Below are positions 63,060 to 64,000 of a stretch of DNA of 64,000 bases, one piece after another. The stretch's first letter is position 1; every line of letters begins with the position of its first letter. The DNA comes from Phoronis australis (Eukaryota > Animalia > Phoronida). Both the position numbers and the translations under genes were made by a program. Below the pieces are notes generated by a model, which ran no database searches, was not told where the DNA came from, and worked only from the letters and a program-made list of their open reading frames with translations. The stretch spans positions 144,791-208,790 of the forward strand of contig NMRA01000110.1 of the NCBI GenBank assembly GCA_002633005.1, given 5' to 3'.

Positions 63060-63300
63060 ATGCTGACTGTCAGTCACACCAATGCACACACCCCAGTAAT
63101 CCGATATTCATGAGAATGCATTCTTTATTGGTTGAAACAGTTTTTGTGCTGATTCATAGTACACCATGAGTGTCAATCACACCAATGCACACACCCCAGT
63201 AAACCAATGTTCATGAAAATGTACTCTCTATTGGTTGAAACAGTGGGTGTGCTGAGATATAGTACAGGCTGGCTGTCAATCACACCAATGCACACTGTAA
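63060..63300. repeat. ~103-bp tandem repeat, ~2.3 copies
   Basis: TCACACCAATGCACAC near 63074, 63177 and 63280, with shared TATTGGTTGAAACAGT. Confidence 0.85.
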
Positions 63301-64000
63301 CTTCAGTCATGGGGTGGGTTTTGTATTCAGTTGAACTCATTTGACTCTGAGCACCATGTGGAATAAATTGCTTAGTGGCCTGGCTGAGCTGTGGAATGTT
63401 TACCCACTTGAAGTCAGAGGGTATTTCACTCAGAACTAGGTCACAAGCACTGCACATAAATAAAACCTCATCACTCAATCATTAGTAAACATATACTTAC
63501 CAAATTTTCAACAATACATCTTGAGTAAATGAGCTTCATGTTGATATAAAATTTATCCAAGTTCAATATCGATAAAGGGTTGAACAAGTAGTTTTACTTT
63601 TTGTTTTCCAGAAACAAACACACTTGTTTACAAATAATCCATTTAAATTTCCAGAAAACATGTCAAGAAAGTTTTCCGCGGTGTAGCAAATCCTCATCAT
63701 AAACTAGATCACTGAAATCTGTATCTAAATCTGACCACTCAGTGCTATAAGTATCCACACTGTCATATCCATATCACTGAAGTCTATATCTAAATGTGAC
63801 CAGTGTCATCAGTATCCACATTATCCTCCATAATAAAAACTTCAAGAACTGGTAGAGAGCAGCGGAGATGATGTCGGTATAATATCAAGGCAGCAATTTC
63901 AAGTGAGTGTGGGCACAGTGCTAGTCACAGAGTAGAATGTTCCAAGTAATTGAGCATTTTGTTATTGTTTCTGGTCAGTTCAAATAAAATAAACAGGAGC

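Noticed and set aside
63173-63478. 101-aa minus-strand ORF as an upstream exon
   Set aside because: Runs into a tandem repeat and has no compatible donor.

Overview
Animal (probably marine-invertebrate) nuclear DNA: AT-rich, repeat-dense and intron-rich, with no prokaryotic features. Most ORFs in the supplied track are spurious. Supported genes: (1) two + strand coding exons of a TBK1/IKK-epsilon-family kinase (31765-31869, 42641-42781), with no further exon recognisable in the window; (2) a minus-strand CD225/dispanin-like membrane-protein exon (13654-14354) whose family core is displaced by a pair of compensating 1-nt frameshifts; (3) an unannotated multi-exon minus-strand gene model (about 56.2-61.7 kb) lying antisense downstream of the second kinase exon, with an N-terminal coiled coil and Ulp1/C48-protease-like motifs. 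Mobile DNA includes a decayed Ty3/Gypsy element with a tRNA-like cassette at the start of its 3' LTR, a Helentron-associated (DINE-1/HINE-type) family with a head-to-tail array of four copies, a small Helitron, a piggyBac deletion derivative inserted into a ~151-bp satellite, Tc1/mariner, hAT and Harbinger MITEs, and a THAP/Kolobok-like remnant. There are also several tandem repeats. All family calls come from reading motifs by eye; no searches were run.
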